NCBI GenBank assembly: GCA_963806225.1
Contig: CAWDXG010000004.1
Location: forward strand, 2,624,001 to 2,688,000
Direction of reading: 5' to 3'
Origin: an uncultured delta proteobacterium
Lineage (GTDB): Bacteria; Myxococcota_A; Polyangia; Polyangiales; Polyangiaceae
DNA: 64,000 bases
A program made the translations under genes and the position numbers. Below the pieces are notes generated by a model, which saw only the letters and a program-made list of their open reading frames with translations, was not told the origin of the DNA and did not search any database. Of this stretch, positions 49,159 through 59,154 are shown piece after piece. Numbering within the stretch: position 1 is the stretch's first letter; every line of letters starts with the position of its first letter.

Positions 49159-49960
49159 CCAGGAAGCCAAGTGTCCACAGCGACGAGCGGTACGCGCCGA
49201 CGGAGCCGGCCACGACGAGCGCCACCGGAAGAACCAGCACGCCACCGACGACGAGCGCCGGGACGAGTCCGGCCAGGAAGTAGACGCCGAGCCCCAGTGC
49301 CGCGATGGGCAGCGCGACCAGCACGCCGACAATCTCGACCGCCGCCGCGCCCAGCCCGCCCGCGACCAGCAGCGTGAGCGAGCTGGCGATGCGTCCGTGC
49401 AGATAGCGCTTCGCCGCGCGGATCGAGTCCATCGCCTTCTTGTCGTCCAGCACGGCGATGCGCATCGCGTACATGTAGATGAAGTAGAGGGTCAGCAGCC
49501 ACGGCACGGCCACCAGCGCAAGCAGCGCGGTCGCGACCGCACCAGCCAGCACGGGATAGGCGCCGGCGAGAGCGCCGCCGATCGGCAGAGCCACAACGCC
49601 CACGGACAGCACCATGGCAGCGCCGAGTGCGAGCTTGATCGCCGCCAGCGTCCAGAAGTGCCGCCTGCTCGCGCGGAGCTCCTCGCCGATGCGGCCCCGC
49701 TCGCCGTGCTGCGCCCGCTCGACGCCGTCGATCAGCGCCGCCTCGCTGAGCACGTGCATCACCAAAGCCGCCAGCCCCAGCACCAGCGCGCCCGCGAGGA
49801 GCGGCCAGATCCAGGCCGACAGCGGACCACCATGATGGCCGTGGGCGCCGGGGTTGGCTCCGGCCCCGCCGCCGCTGGCGACGAAAAACCCGAAAAACAA
49901 CAGGTACTTGTGCGACCTGATGGTGGAGAGGGACTGCTTGGCGATGCGGATGATGTCCAT
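49139..49960 (-). CDS. Multi-pass membrane protein
   Basis: 273 aa with about 6 hydrophobic segments; AAGGAG RBS; first gene of the ECF operon. Confidence 0.8.
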   Translation of the reverse strand: MDIIRIAKQSLSTIRSHKYLLFFGFFVASGGGAGANPGAHGHHGGPLSAWIWPLLAGALVLGLAALVMHVLSEAALIDGVERAQHGERGRIGEELRASRRHFWTLAAIKLALGAAMVLSVGVVALPIGGALAGAYPVLAGAVATALLALVAVPWLLTLYFIYMYAMRIAVLDDKKAMDSIRAAKRYLHGRIASSLTLLVAGGLGAAAVEIVGVLVALPIAALGLGVYFLAGLVPALVVGGVLVLPVALVVAGSVGAYRSSLWTLGFLDGRGAA

Positions 49961-50032
49961 TGCTGCGCTCCTTGGTCGAAGTGCGGATTCGACCTGGAAA
50001 CCCCGTCCGCGCCGTTTCGTGACAGATTTTCT

Positions 50033-50227
50033 TCAGTAGTGCGGCGGCGGCTGGTCGGCGGGCTGCCGCTCTTCCAGCAGCTGGGCCACGCGCTCCTCCA
50101 GCGCCTTGACCCGCACGTTCAGCGCGTCGACGAGCTTCTGCTGCTCGAACACCGTGTCGCTCAGGTTGTCCAGCACGTCCTGCTGGTGGGTGTAGCGAAC
50201 CTCCAGGTCGACCAGACGCTCCTTCAT
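50033..50227 (-). CDS. slyX: SlyX family protein
   Basis: RLVDLEVRYTHQQDVLDNLSDTVFEQQ...PPPHY. Confidence 0.9.
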   Translation of the reverse strand: MKERLVDLEVRYTHQQDVLDNLSDTVFEQQKLVDALNVRVKALEERVAQLLEERQPADQPPPHY

Positions 50228-50244
50228 CGGACCTCCATATCCAT

Positions 50245-50388
50245 TCAGGGCAGCGCGTTGCCAATCTGGTGGAGCATGTGCGGCGCGAACAGGATCACGC
50301 CGACGAAGACAGCCACCATGGCGAGGAAGAACGCCGGCCCGCGTCCGCGACCCTTCGAGCCGTTCCGGCGCTCCTCCTGGCCGACCAT
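50245..50388 (-). CDS. Small membrane protein (47 aa)
   Basis: MVGQEERRNGSKGRGRGPAFFLAMVAVFVGVILFAPHMLHQIGNALP; fits between co-directional genes; below the ORF-track cutoff. Confidence 0.6.
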   Translation of the reverse strand: MVGQEERRNGSKGRGRGPAFFLAMVAVFVGVILFAPHMLHQIGNALP

Positions 50389-50389
50389 G

Positions 50390-50827
50390 TCAGCTCCCGT
50401 GCGCCTGCGTCAGGATGGCGTCGCGGAGCTTCTGCTGCTCGTCCACGAGATGCTGGGGCGCCTTGTCGCCGCAGGGCTCGAACTTCGTGGCATGGGCGCC
50501 GGAGTTCATCTCGCAGGTGAGCTTGATGCCGAGCCGGCCGTCTGCCGCGCTCACGTTCCACACGTAGTGATACTTCGTGTGGGACAGCTCGGACACGTTG
50601 TGGGTCCGCTGCACGGTCGTGATCTCGAAGGTTGCCGGGTCCTGCTTTTCGAGGTTGTAGCCATTGTCCTCGAGCGAGGCGACGGCCGCCTCGTACAGCA
50701 CCTTGGCCGACAGCGAGGTCTTCTGGTCGACCGGCGTGTAGGCCGTCATGTGGGCGCTATCGCAGCCGGCCAGCAACAGCACGACGGCGCCGAGCAGCAG
50801 CAGTACATGCCGGACCTCGACTCCCAT
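50390..50827 (-). CDS. Hypothetical lipoprotein
   Basis: Lipobox LLAGC; alpha/beta body. Confidence 0.75.
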   Translation of the reverse strand: MGVEVRHVLLLLGAVVLLLAGCDSAHMTAYTPVDQKTSLSAKVLYEAAVASLEDNGYNLEKQDPATFEITTVQRTHNVSELSHTKYHYVWNVSAADGRLGIKLTCEMNSGAHATKFEPCGDKAPQHLVDEQQKLRDAILTQAHGS

Positions 50828-50945
50828 CCAGCCGATCCGGCCCGGAAACGTCGCGCGCACCCGGGCAGGTTACGCCCATCCGCCGGGTTGATCTAGAGTT
50901 GCGGCACCGCCTCCGACAGTGCCCTGGGCGGCCTTTCTTCAACCC

Positions 50946-51347
50946 ATGTGGACAGGACTTCACCCCGCCGCCTGCAGCGCCGTGGCCGCGCTTGCCCCCG
51001 CCGCCGCCCAGACCGACGTGGCGAGCTGCCCGCACCCGTTTGCGAGCAAGGCCTGCCTCGCCATCTGGCTCCTGGTCAGCACCCCCTTCGTCGCGGCGGG
51101 GGGAACCTACTCGCTGCTGTCGCTGATGCGCCGGAAGGTGCTCGCGCCGTCCAGGGTCTCGCTCTACACGGCGATCGCGGCTGGCTTCGTGTATGCGTTC
51201 ATCACCAGCTCGATTCTGGCAGTCATTCTGGACGTGGGAGCGCTGCACTCGAGCTCGGCGGCCGTCGAGTTGTTCCTGTTCATGGTGTGGACGCTGGTTC
51301 TCCAGGCCCTGTACGTTCGATTGGTCACGCTCATCTGGCTGCGCTGA
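50946..51347 (+). CDS. Hypothetical membrane protein
   Basis: Three hydrophobic segments; start uncertain. Confidence 0.5.
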   Translation: MWTGLHPAACSAVAALAPAAAQTDVASCPHPFASKACLAIWLLVSTPFVAAGGTYSLLSLMRRKVLAPSRVSLYTAIAAGFVYAFITSSILAVILDVGALHSSSAAVELFLFMVWTLVLQALYVRLVTLIWLR

Positions 51348-51500
51348 CGGCCGGAAATGCCAGGGCGGAGCGGCCCGGCGCAGTGCACAATCGACCTGGC
51401 CCGGCGTATGCATTGCGCGGGACACGCGCCCTGCCCGGGGTCGCGACGAGATGCGGGCCTGGCCGGCTCGAACCCCCCACTCGAGAAGGAGGATGTCGTG

Positions 51501-52694
51501 ATGAGAAAGTACTTGCTTGGGTGCATGGTGCTCGGCGCCTCGCTCGCCTTCGTGGCCTGCGGCGGCAACAGCACCAGTGACATCTCGAACGGCGGCAGCG
51601 GCGGCGCGGCGGGCAGCGGCGGCTCAGCGGGCAACGGCGGCGCGGCGGGCAACGGCGGCGCGGCGGGCAGCGGCGGCGCGGCGGGTATTCCGCTTTCGGA
51701 CGTGCCCTCCAAGCTCGCCAAGACGTACTGCGATCTGTACGCGCAATGCTACGGGCCGCTGTGGTCGGTGTTCCAGCCCGGCGAGGACTGCGTGACCCGC
51801 ACCGAGAAGTCGATCGAGGACGGCAGCTTCAGCAAGCTCCAGGCCGAAGTCGATGCGGGCAAGGTCATCTACCACGCCGACAAGGCGCAGGGCTGCCTGG
51901 ACGCCGTGGCGGCGCGCAGCTGTGACCAGCTGCTGCAGCGCGACACGCCGGCATGCGACGCGACCGTGGAAGGCACGGTGGCCATGGGCGGCGACTGCGC
52001 GATCGACGCCGACTGCAAGGGCCAGGCCTACTGCAAGGCAGGCGCCCAGTGCCCCGGCAAGTGCGCGGCACTCGAGAGCGCGGGCGGCGACTGCCAGACC
52101 GACGATCAGTGCCAGGACGGCCTGAGCTGCGACAACACCACCCACAAGTGCGTGAAGCCGGCGGCCAAGGGACAGGCGTGCCAGGGCGGCACCGAGCCGG
52201 ACTGCGCTCCGCCGCTGCTCTGCCTGGGCAGCGACTCGACGAAGGGCCAGACCGGCAGCTGCATGGACTGGCACGACGTGCTCGTGTCGAAGGCGGGCGC
52301 GAGCTGCGACCTCCTCAACTTCAAGTGGTGCGAGAACGCCGACCCGTGCGTGGTGCAGAGCGTGTCCGCCGGCGGCGCCCTCACCGCAAGCTGCGGGCAG
52401 AAGGTGGCGTCGGGCGCAGCCTGCAAGGCAGCTGTGCCGGATCAGTGTCCGACCGGCGAGTACTGCAAGACCGCCACGAATTCGATCGACGGCACCTGCA
52501 CGCCACTGCCGAAGACCGGCGACCCCTGTGCGGGCAGCAGCAGCGATCAGTGCGGCGCGTACCTGCGCTGCGACTCGACCAGCCAGACCTGCAAGCCCCT
52601 GCAGCGGCTCGGCGAACCCTGCAGCGACGACCAGTTCTGCTACAGCGGCCATTGCGCCAGCGGCGGCTGCGCGCCGCCCGGCTGCAAGCAGTAG
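51501..52694 (+). CDS. Cys-rich (Dickkopf/EB-like repeat) lipoprotein
   Basis: GAAGGAGG RBS, lipobox FVAC, G..C..D..C..G..C repeats. Confidence 0.85.
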   Translation: MRKYLLGCMVLGASLAFVACGGNSTSDISNGGSGGAAGSGGSAGNGGAAGNGGAAGSGGAAGIPLSDVPSKLAKTYCDLYAQCYGPLWSVFQPGEDCVTRTEKSIEDGSFSKLQAEVDAGKVIYHADKAQGCLDAVAARSCDQLLQRDTPACDATVEGTVAMGGDCAIDADCKGQAYCKAGAQCPGKCAALESAGGDCQTDDQCQDGLSCDNTTHKCVKPAAKGQACQGGTEPDCAPPLLCLGSDSTKGQTGSCMDWHDVLVSKAGASCDLLNFKWCENADPCVVQSVSAGGALTASCGQKVASGAACKAAVPDQCPTGEYCKTATNSIDGTCTPLPKTGDPCAGSSSDQCGAYLRCDSTSQTCKPLQRLGEPCSDDQFCYSGHCASGGCAPPGCKQ

Positions 52695-52779
52695 GGAGCG
52701 CCTCGCCGCAACGGCCCCGAGCCCGGCGTCCGGTTGGACGCCGGCGCGAGGGGCCGATGCGCTCGACGGGCGGCGCGGT

Positions 52780-53754
52780 TCAGGCCGCCGCGTACTTGGC
52801 GGCGAGCGCTTCCTCGGCGAGCTCGTCGAAGCTCATCCGCTCCGCGCGCTTGCGCTCGGCATCGGTGTACAGCCGGCTGATCATCTCCGCATCCACACCC
52901 AGAACGCGCTCGATGAGCCGGCCGAACACCAGGCGCACGACCGCCTGGTCGTTGTAGGCGTCCTGCAGCCCGGTCATCGCCTTGACGAACGCGCTGCGCC
53001 GCACGGTGGGCTTCGTACCGATGAGCTGGATGCGCTTGAACGCCTCTTTCATACGACGCCCCGGAGGATCCACGACCTGCATCGGCCGGAAGAACACGCC
53101 CCGGAAGAACGGCGCCGCGAAGTACAGCACGTTGGCGAACGCCCAGACGGCCTTGGCACGCTGTCCGAGCGGTGCCTTGGGCGTTGTCTTCAGCTGCTCG
53201 GCGTACTCGCGCGAGCAGTAGTAGTCGACCATGTGGAAGTCGATAGCGATGTGCCGCGACTCGTCGCGGTTGATCAGCGCCATCGCCTTCGTCGCTCATC
53301 TCGTCGTGGACATGATCGTTGATGGAGCGCAGCAGCGCCACATCGAGGATCAGCTCGCCGGCGGTAATGTAGGTGTTGGCGATCTCGGCGGACAGGTACT
53401 GGATCGGCGTGGACGAAATGCGGCGTGAAGCGCCGGAGCGCCGGGTTCATCTCGTACGGCTTGTAGCGGTGCACGTCGTAGTAGTCGGCGAGCATCTGCG
53501 CGGCGTGCGAGTGGCGCACCTCGTCCTTGACGAAGGTCTGGAAGATCTCCTTCAGCGCGCGGGTCGTCGACCTTCTTCGCCTGCTCGGCGAACAGCGCCC
53601 CGGCCAAGCGCTCGATGCCGGCCATGTCGGTGAAGTACTGGACGATGGCGATCTCGTCGTCCTTGTCCATCTCGCGCGGACGGCCGTTCCAGTCCAGGTC
53701 CCCGACCTGCCACTGCTCGCGGCGGCACTTGTCGAGCATCGAGTCGAGATTCAT
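52780..53754 (-). CDS. Ferritin-like diiron protein (about 323 aa) interrupted by three +1 frameshifts
   Basis: Four successive frames join to give W...DLDW, IERLA, DEVRH, GGELIL and DESRH; extra bases at ~53556, ~53405 and ~53288. Confidence 0.78.
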
Positions 53755-53860
53755 CGAATCCTCCTTCGGACGGCGCGATTATACCACCCCGGGCCGGTGC
53801 TCGCCGGCGGGTGGGAGACTGTGCTCCCGGCCCCGACATGCGACGTGGTAGGAGGAGGGT

Positions 53861-54079
53861 ATGCGACGCTCCGGTCTGCTGGCTCTCTTGCTGTGTGCCC
53901 CGCTGGTCGCCGTGGGCTGCGCCTCGGGCACCCCGGGCGCCTGCCGCCCCGGGATCAACGAATGTGTCTCGCGCTGCCCGCAAGGCGGCAGCAACGACAT
54001 CCGCCAACCGCCGCCGCCGACCACCCAGAACAGCGAAACGCCCTGCGAGCGCGCCTGCCGGACGCAGTACTGCCGCTAG
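53861..54079 (+). CDS. Small Cys-rich lipoprotein (72 aa)
   Basis: AGGAGG RBS, lipobox AVGC, CxxxC..CxxxCxxxxC; stop abuts the MFS start. Confidence 0.7.
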   Translation: MRRSGLLALLLCAPLVAVGCASGTPGACRPGINECVSRCPQGGSNDIRQPPPPTTQNSETPCERACRTQYCR

Positions 54080-55564
54080 ATGAGCGAACCCCCGAGCTCG
54101 CATCGAACGCGGCGCGGCCCCGTGCTCGCCGCGATGATGCTCGCGATGTTCATGTCGGCCGTGGAAGCCACGATCGTGGCCACGGCGATGCCGACCATCG
54201 TGGCGGATCTCGGCGGCTTCTCGCTCTTCAGCTGGGTGTTCGCGATCTTCCTGCTCACGCAGGCGGTGACGATCCCGGTCTACGGCAAGCTCGCCGACAT
54301 GCGCGGGCGCAAGCCCGTGTTCTACGTCGGCACGACGATCTTCCTGGTCGGATCGCTTCTGTGCGGCTTCGCGCACACCATGGTCCAGCTCGTGGTGCTC
54401 CGCGCGGTACAGGGCGTGGGCGCCGGCGCCGTCCAGCCCATCGCGACCACCATCGTGGGCGACATCTACACGCCCGCCGAGCGCGCGAGGATCCAGGGTT
54501 GGCTGTCCAGCGTGTGGGGCATCTCGTCGGTCGTGGGGCCCGCCCTCGGCGCGTTCTTCGCCGAGAAGCTGACCTGGTCGCTGGTCTTCTGGATCAACCT
54601 GCCCATCGGCGTCGCCTCGATGCTGATGCTGGCCGCGTATCTGCACGAGGACGTGGAACACCACGAACACCAGGTCGACTACCTCGGCTCGGTGCTGCTC
54701 ATGATCTCGACCACGCTCGTGATGCTGGCGCTGATCCAGTACGAACAGCTCTCGCGGCAGGGCGGCCTAGCGCTCCCGGCCCTCATCCTGCTGGGCGCGG
54801 CAGGTCTTGTCGCGTTCTTCGTGCACGAGGGGCGCGCCCCCGAACCGCTCCTGCCTCTTTCTCTGTGGAAGGACCGCGTGATCGCCGTCGGCAACTCTGG
54901 CGCGCTTCTCACCGGCGCGCTGATGATGGGCATCACCTCCTTTCTGCCGACCTACGTGCAGGGCGTGATGGCCCGTTCGGCGATGGTCGCGGGCTTCGCG
55001 CTGGCGATGATGTCCATCGGTTGGCCGCTCGCCAGCGTGGCCGCGGGACGGATGATGCTGCGCACCTCGTATCGCTTCACCGCCATCGCCGGCGGCGTCG
55101 CACTGATCGGCGGAACCGGGCTCCTGATGGCGCTGTCGCCGCGTCACGGCGCACTGTTCGCCGCTCTGGCGTCCTTCGTCACCGGGGCGGGCATGGGGCT
55201 GACCAGCACGGTCTTCATCGTGTCGATCCAGACGGCCGTGCCCTGGAAACAACGGGGCGCCGCCACCTCCTCCAACATGTTCAGCCGCATCGTGGGCCAG
55301 GCCATGGGCACGGCCCTGTTCGGCGCCGTGCTCAACGTCGGCATCAGCGCGCGGGCGGGCACCGCCGCGCTGTCGTCGGGCTCGCTGGACCTCTTGATGG
55401 AGCCGGGGAAGCGCTCGACGCTAGCGCCCGATCGCCTGCACGAGCTGGAGAACGCCCTGGCCGGCGCGCTGCACAACGTGTACCTGATCGGCGGCGTGCT
55501 CGCGCTGTTGACGCTGCTCGTCGTGTTGGCACTGCCGCAGAAGCTCAGACCACAACCGGACTGA
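54080..55564 (+). CDS. DHA2-family (14-TM) MFS efflux transporter
   Basis: TIVATAMPTI, YGKLADMRGRK, RAVQGVGAG, GPALG, WINLPIG, PEPLLP. Confidence 0.93.
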   Translation: MSEPPSSHRTRRGPVLAAMMLAMFMSAVEATIVATAMPTIVADLGGFSLFSWVFAIFLLTQAVTIPVYGKLADMRGRKPVFYVGTTIFLVGSLLCGFAHTMVQLVVLRAVQGVGAGAVQPIATTIVGDIYTPAERARIQGWLSSVWGISSVVGPALGAFFAEKLTWSLVFWINLPIGVASMLMLAAYLHEDVEHHEHQVDYLGSVLLMISTTLVMLALIQYEQLSRQGGLALPALILLGAAGLVAFFVHEGRAPEPLLPLSLWKDRVIAVGNSGALLTGALMMGITSFLPTYVQGVMARSAMVAGFALAMMSIGWPLASVAAGRMMLRTSYRFTAIAGGVALIGGTGLLMALSPRHGALFAALASFVTGAGMGLTSTVFIVSIQTAVPWKQRGAATSSNMFSRIVGQAMGTALFGAVLNVGISARAGTAALSSGSLDLLMEPGKRSTLAPDRLHELENALAGALHNVYLIGGVLALLTLLVVLALPQKLRPQPD

Positions 55565-55569
55565 GCCGT

Positions 55570-56475
55570 CTACAACGCCGGGTTGTGCGTCAGCCGCGCA
55601 CCGGGCGCGATGTCGAGCCGTTCGGCCAGCGCCGCCGCGGAGTGCTCGCGGTCCACGAACAGGAAGCGCTCGACACGCAGCGCGCCGTCGGCTGTCGCCA
55701 CGAGCATGCCCGCGTCGTCGATGTCGAGCACCGTACCCGGCGCGCCCTTCGCGGACCCGGGGCGCGCCGCCAGCACGCCGAGCTTCATGCCGCGGTAGAA
55801 GCAGTGCGCGAGCGTCGCGCCGCGGCACGCGCGCACCAGCCGTTCGAGCCGCGTCGCCTTGTCCGCCCAGTCGAGCAGCCCGTGCTCCGCTCGCAGCGGC
55901 GGGAAGTGGGTTGCCGCCGCGGAGTCCTGCTCGCGCTCTCCCGGCGGGGCGCCGCGGCTCGTGGCGGAGACGAGCTCCACGGCCAACCGGGCGCCCGCGC
56001 GGTCCACGGCTTCGGCCAGGCTCGCGCTCGTTGCGTCATCTGGCACCGCCACCGCTTCCTCTAGCAGAACAGGCCCCGCGTCGAACTCGTCCGTCATGCG
56101 ATGCAGCGTGATACCGACCTTGCGCTCGCCGTTCAGGATCGCCCAGAACAGCGGATCGCGCCCGCGATAGCGCGGCAGGAGCGACGGATGGCAGTTGACA
56201 GCGCCCAGCCGCGCTGCGTCCCGCACCTTGGCCCCGAGCTTCTCCGGCCAGCCCGCCACCAGCACCAGGTCGGGCTGCAGGCGCGAAAGCCGCGTCACGA
56301 AGCCCGGCTCGTTGACGCGGGCGTGGTGTTCGAGCGGGACGCCCTGCCTCGCCAGCGCCGCCTCCGCCGGCGCGCCGGGCCCCGTCACGACCAGCAGCGG
56401 CGCGTGCCCGCTCTCCACGAGCGCATCGAGGTACAGACTTGCGGTCCGGCACCAGGCGAATAACACCACCTTCAT
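55570..56475 (-). CDS. Fmt/ArnA-like N10-formyl-THF formyltransferase
   Basis: NCHPSLLPRYRG..P..WAI..G.TLH.M...FDAG, plus an Fmt C-terminal domain (DW..A..L..LVRA..PGTVL). Confidence 0.85.
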   Translation of the reverse strand: MKVVLFAWCRTASLYLDALVESGHAPLLVVTGPGAPAEAALARQGVPLEHHARVNEPGFVTRLSRLQPDLVLVAGWPEKLGAKVRDAARLGAVNCHPSLLPRYRGRDPLFWAILNGERKVGITLHRMTDEFDAGPVLLEEAVAVPDDATSASLAEAVDRAGARLAVELVSATSRGAPPGEREQDSAAATHFPPLRAEHGLLDWADKATRLERLVRACRGATLAHCFYRGMKLGVLAARPGSAKGAPGTVLDIDDAGMLVATADGALRVERFLFVDREHSAAALAERLDIAPGARLTHNPAL

Positions 56476-57730
56476 GACGAGCACGTGTAGGGACATTGGC
56501 CGCGCCGCACAAGGTGCTCGAAGCCTGTTGCTCGTCCTGCCTGCGACCAGCTACCGCGGTGAGGCCTACGTGCAAGCTTCAGAGAGGCTCGGCGTCGAGC
56601 TGACGCTCGGCAGCGACGCCGCCTCCGCCATGCGCCGCCACGGTCGCCCCGTACTGGAGCTGGATCTGGCACGTCCCGAGGAAGCCGCACAGAACGTGCT
56701 GGCCCGCGGGGGGCGCTTCGATGGCGTGCTCGGCACCGACGAGCAGAGCTGCGCTCGTCGCCGCCCACGTCGCCGCCGCGCTCGGACTGCCCTCGAGCGA
56801 TCCGGACGCCGCGCTCGCCGCGCGCGACAAGCGCCGCATGCGCCAGCGGCTCGAAGCTGCCGGCGTGCCCGGGCCGCGCGTCTGCGTGCTCGAGCCCCTA
56901 CAGGGTGCTGCGGATCTGCACGACGCCGCCTTCCCCTGCGTGGTCAAGCCGCCCATGCTGAGCGGCAGCCAGGGCGTCATCCGGGCCGACGACGAGGCCT
57001 CGCTCGACACCGCGATCGCCCGCGTGCGCGGCATCCTGGCGCGACATCCGAGCAGCTGGCGGGAGCACCCGGACTTCCACCGGCTGCTGGTCGAGGACTA
57101 CATCGACGGGCCCGAGGTCGCCGTCGAGGCGCTGATGCACGACGGCCAGCTCGAGCTGGTCGCGCTGTTCGACAAGCCCGACGATCTGGTGGGGCCATTC
57201 TTCGAGGAAACGATCTACGTCACGCCGTCGCGCCACGCGCCGGCCGTCCAGACGCAGATCCTCGACGTGACGGGCCGCGCGGCCCGGGCGCTCGGCCTCG
57301 TGCACGGTCCGGTCCACGCCGAGCTCCGGATCGGCGCCGCGGGTCCCGAGGTCGTCGAGCTCGCCGGCCGATCCATCGGCGGCCTGTGCTCGCGCACGCT
57401 CGAGCTCTGCGCAGACAACCTCGAGGAGCGCCTGGTCGCCCACGCCGTGGGCCTGCCCCGCCGCGACGCGCAGCACGAAGCGGGCACTGCGGCCGGCGTC
57501 ATGATGATCCCGATCCCGCGCTCCGGCGTGTTCCGGAGCGCCAGCGGCGTCGAGCGCGCCCGCGGCGTCGACGGGAATCGAGGAGCGTCGTCATCGCAGC
57601 GCGACCCGGCGACGCCCTGTACGCGCTTCCGGAGGGCTCGAGCTACGCTGGCTTCATCTTCGCGCGCGGCGCGGAGCCCACCGGCGTCGAATCCGCGCTG
57701 CGCGCCGCTCACGCCGAGCTCGAGCTCTAG
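56474..57730 (+). CDS. ATP-grasp ligase (frameshifts at ~56750 and ~57575-57584)
   Basis: LLLVLPATSYR; RDKRRMR; VVKP..LSGSQGV; VEDYIDGPE; HAELR; ELAGRSIGG; LPEGSSYAGFIFARG, split over two frames. Start uncertain. Confidence 0.8.
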   Translation: MTSTCRDIGRAAQGARSLLLVLPATSYRGEAYVQASERLGVELTLGSDAASAMRRHGRPVLELDLARPEEAAQNVLARGGRFDGVLGTDEQSCARRRPRRRRARTALERSGRRARRARQAPHAPAARSCRRARAARLRARAPTGCCGSARRRLPLRGQAAHAERQPGRHPGRRRGLARHRDRPRARHPGATSEQLAGAPGLPPAAGRGLHRRARGRRRGADARRPARAGRAVRQARRSGGAILRGNDLRHAVAPRAGRPDADPRRDGPRGPGARPRARSGPRRAPDRRRGSRGRRARRPIHRRPVLAHARALRRQPRGAPGRPRRGPAPPRRAARSGHCGRRHDDPDPALRRVPERQRRRARPRRRRESRSVVIAARPGDALYALPEGSSYAGFIFARGAEPTGVESALRAAHAELEL

Positions 57731-57839
57731 CTCTCGCCGCTCCTGTCGCTGCTGTGATGGCACGACCCTTCCGGCCCTGGCGCGCCCCGCCGTCGCTTTT
57801 CCGCTGTAGCCGGCGCCGCGCTGGGCTAGCCTCGACGCC

Positions 57840-58166
57840 ATGTTGAGCGAGCTCACCAGCGAAGAACGCCTGCTACTGCTCGAGTTCGTGTGCGCCTTCG
57901 CGTGGGCGGATCTCGAAATCCGCGACGAGGAGCGCGACTTCGTGCACCGCCTCGTGCGCCAGCTCGAACTGCCCCGCGAGGAAGCCGAGAAGGTCGACGA
58001 GTGGCTCAGGGTCCCGCCCAAGCCCGAGGACGTCGACCCCAACAAGGTCCCTCGCCGCCACCGCGAGCTGTTTTTGGCAGCCGCCCATCTGATGATCTCC
58101 AGCGACGGCGAGATCGCACCGGCAGAGCGCGAGGACTACGAGCTGCTGCAGCAGCTGCTCAGCTGA
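57840..58166 (+). CDS. TerB family (tellurite resistance-like) protein
   Basis: Duplicated AWADLEIRDEER / ISSDGEIAPAER motifs. Confidence 0.8.
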   Translation: MLSELTSEERLLLLEFVCAFAWADLEIRDEERDFVHRLVRQLELPREEAEKVDEWLRVPPKPEDVDPNKVPRRHRELFLAAAHLMISSDGEIAPAEREDYELLQQLLS

Positions 58167-58212
58167 GGCCGCCTCCCGCAGCGAGCGCGCTCCGGCACCG
58201 GGGACGCGCGGC

Positions 58213-59154
58213 TCAGCGCAAGGCCAGGTGCACCTCCGACCACAGCTCGAGATCGTGCGTGCCGGGGATGGGCAGGGGCCGCTTCATGATCTCGCTGCCC
58301 TCGGGAAACACGCGACCCTGCCTGTAGTCCCACTCGCCCTCGCTGTCCTTCTTGACGAGCTTCGCGTTGCCGGGGTCCGGGCCGGGCGCGAACTCCGGTT
58401 GCTCGTGCTCGACGCGCAGGCGGATGTCGCCGCTCTCGAGCGAGACGAGCCGGTAGCGGGCGACCAGCTCGACTTCGTTGCCGCGCACTTCGGCCGTGCT
58501 GTGCACGCGCCAGCGCGCGCCGGCGCCCAGCTTTCCGGACGGCAGGGCCTCGGCGCTGGACATGAGCGAGGTGGCGAGCGCCAGGGCGATCGGCCCAGGG
58601 TGCTTCTGCGAGCCTTCAAACTCTACCTGATCGATCAGCCCATGACCGGTGATGGTCGCGTGGCCGTCGATGGTGTCGCCGAGCACGCCGGCCTTGGCTC
58701 CGCCCTGCGTCATCATCTGCACGAGCTTCGGGTCGCCGCGGGTGTGGTAGCGGAACGGACCGAGCCGGGCGTCGAAGCGTGCGGTTCCGTCAGCCCCGAC
58801 CTGCTCGATGTGCACGTCGACGGGCGCCTCCACGACGGAGGCGGCAAGCTCGGCGCCCTTCTTCATCACGCGCGTTACGGTGGACAGCTCGAGGCGCTGC
58901 TCGGCGCCCGCCAAGAACGCGCGGCCCAGATCGCGGCGCGGCGCGGAACCGCGGTCGGCGATATCGAAGCGCGAGTCGGCCGACAGCGCCGCGCCGTCCG
59001 CGGCAGCTTCCGCACCGGCATCCGCGCTGCGCGCGGACGCGTCTGGCCGCGACGAGGTGGCCGGCTCCGGCGCGGTGGCGGATTGTGCGAGGGAATGCGC
59101 GCCGCCGCAGGCCGCGACGGTCGACACGAGGAGCAGCAGATGCCGCCGCGTCAT
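58213..59154 (-). CDS. Hypothetical lipoprotein
   Basis: Lipobox VAAC; LPSGKLGAGARW motif; ATGA overlap with the radical SAM gene. Confidence 0.7.
   Translation of the reverse strand: MTRRHLLLLVSTVAACGGAHSLAQSATAPEPATSSRPDASARSADAGAEAAADGAALSADSRFDIADRGSAPRRDLGRAFLAGAEQRLELSTVTRVMKKGAELAASVVEAPVDVHIEQVGADGTARFDARLGPFRYHTRGDPKLVQMMTQGGAKAGVLGDTIDGHATITGHGLIDQVEFEGSQKHPGPIALALATSLMSSAEALPSGKLGAGARWRVHSTAEVRGNEVELVARYRLVSLESGDIRLRVEHEQPEFAPGPDPGNAKLVKKDSEGEWDYRQGRVFPEGSEIMKRPLPIPGTHDLELWSEVHLALR

Noticed and set aside
52780..53754. Programmed ribosomal frameshifting or phase variation
   Set aside because: No slippery heptamers or long homopolymers; three scattered single-base insertions fit sequencing error better.
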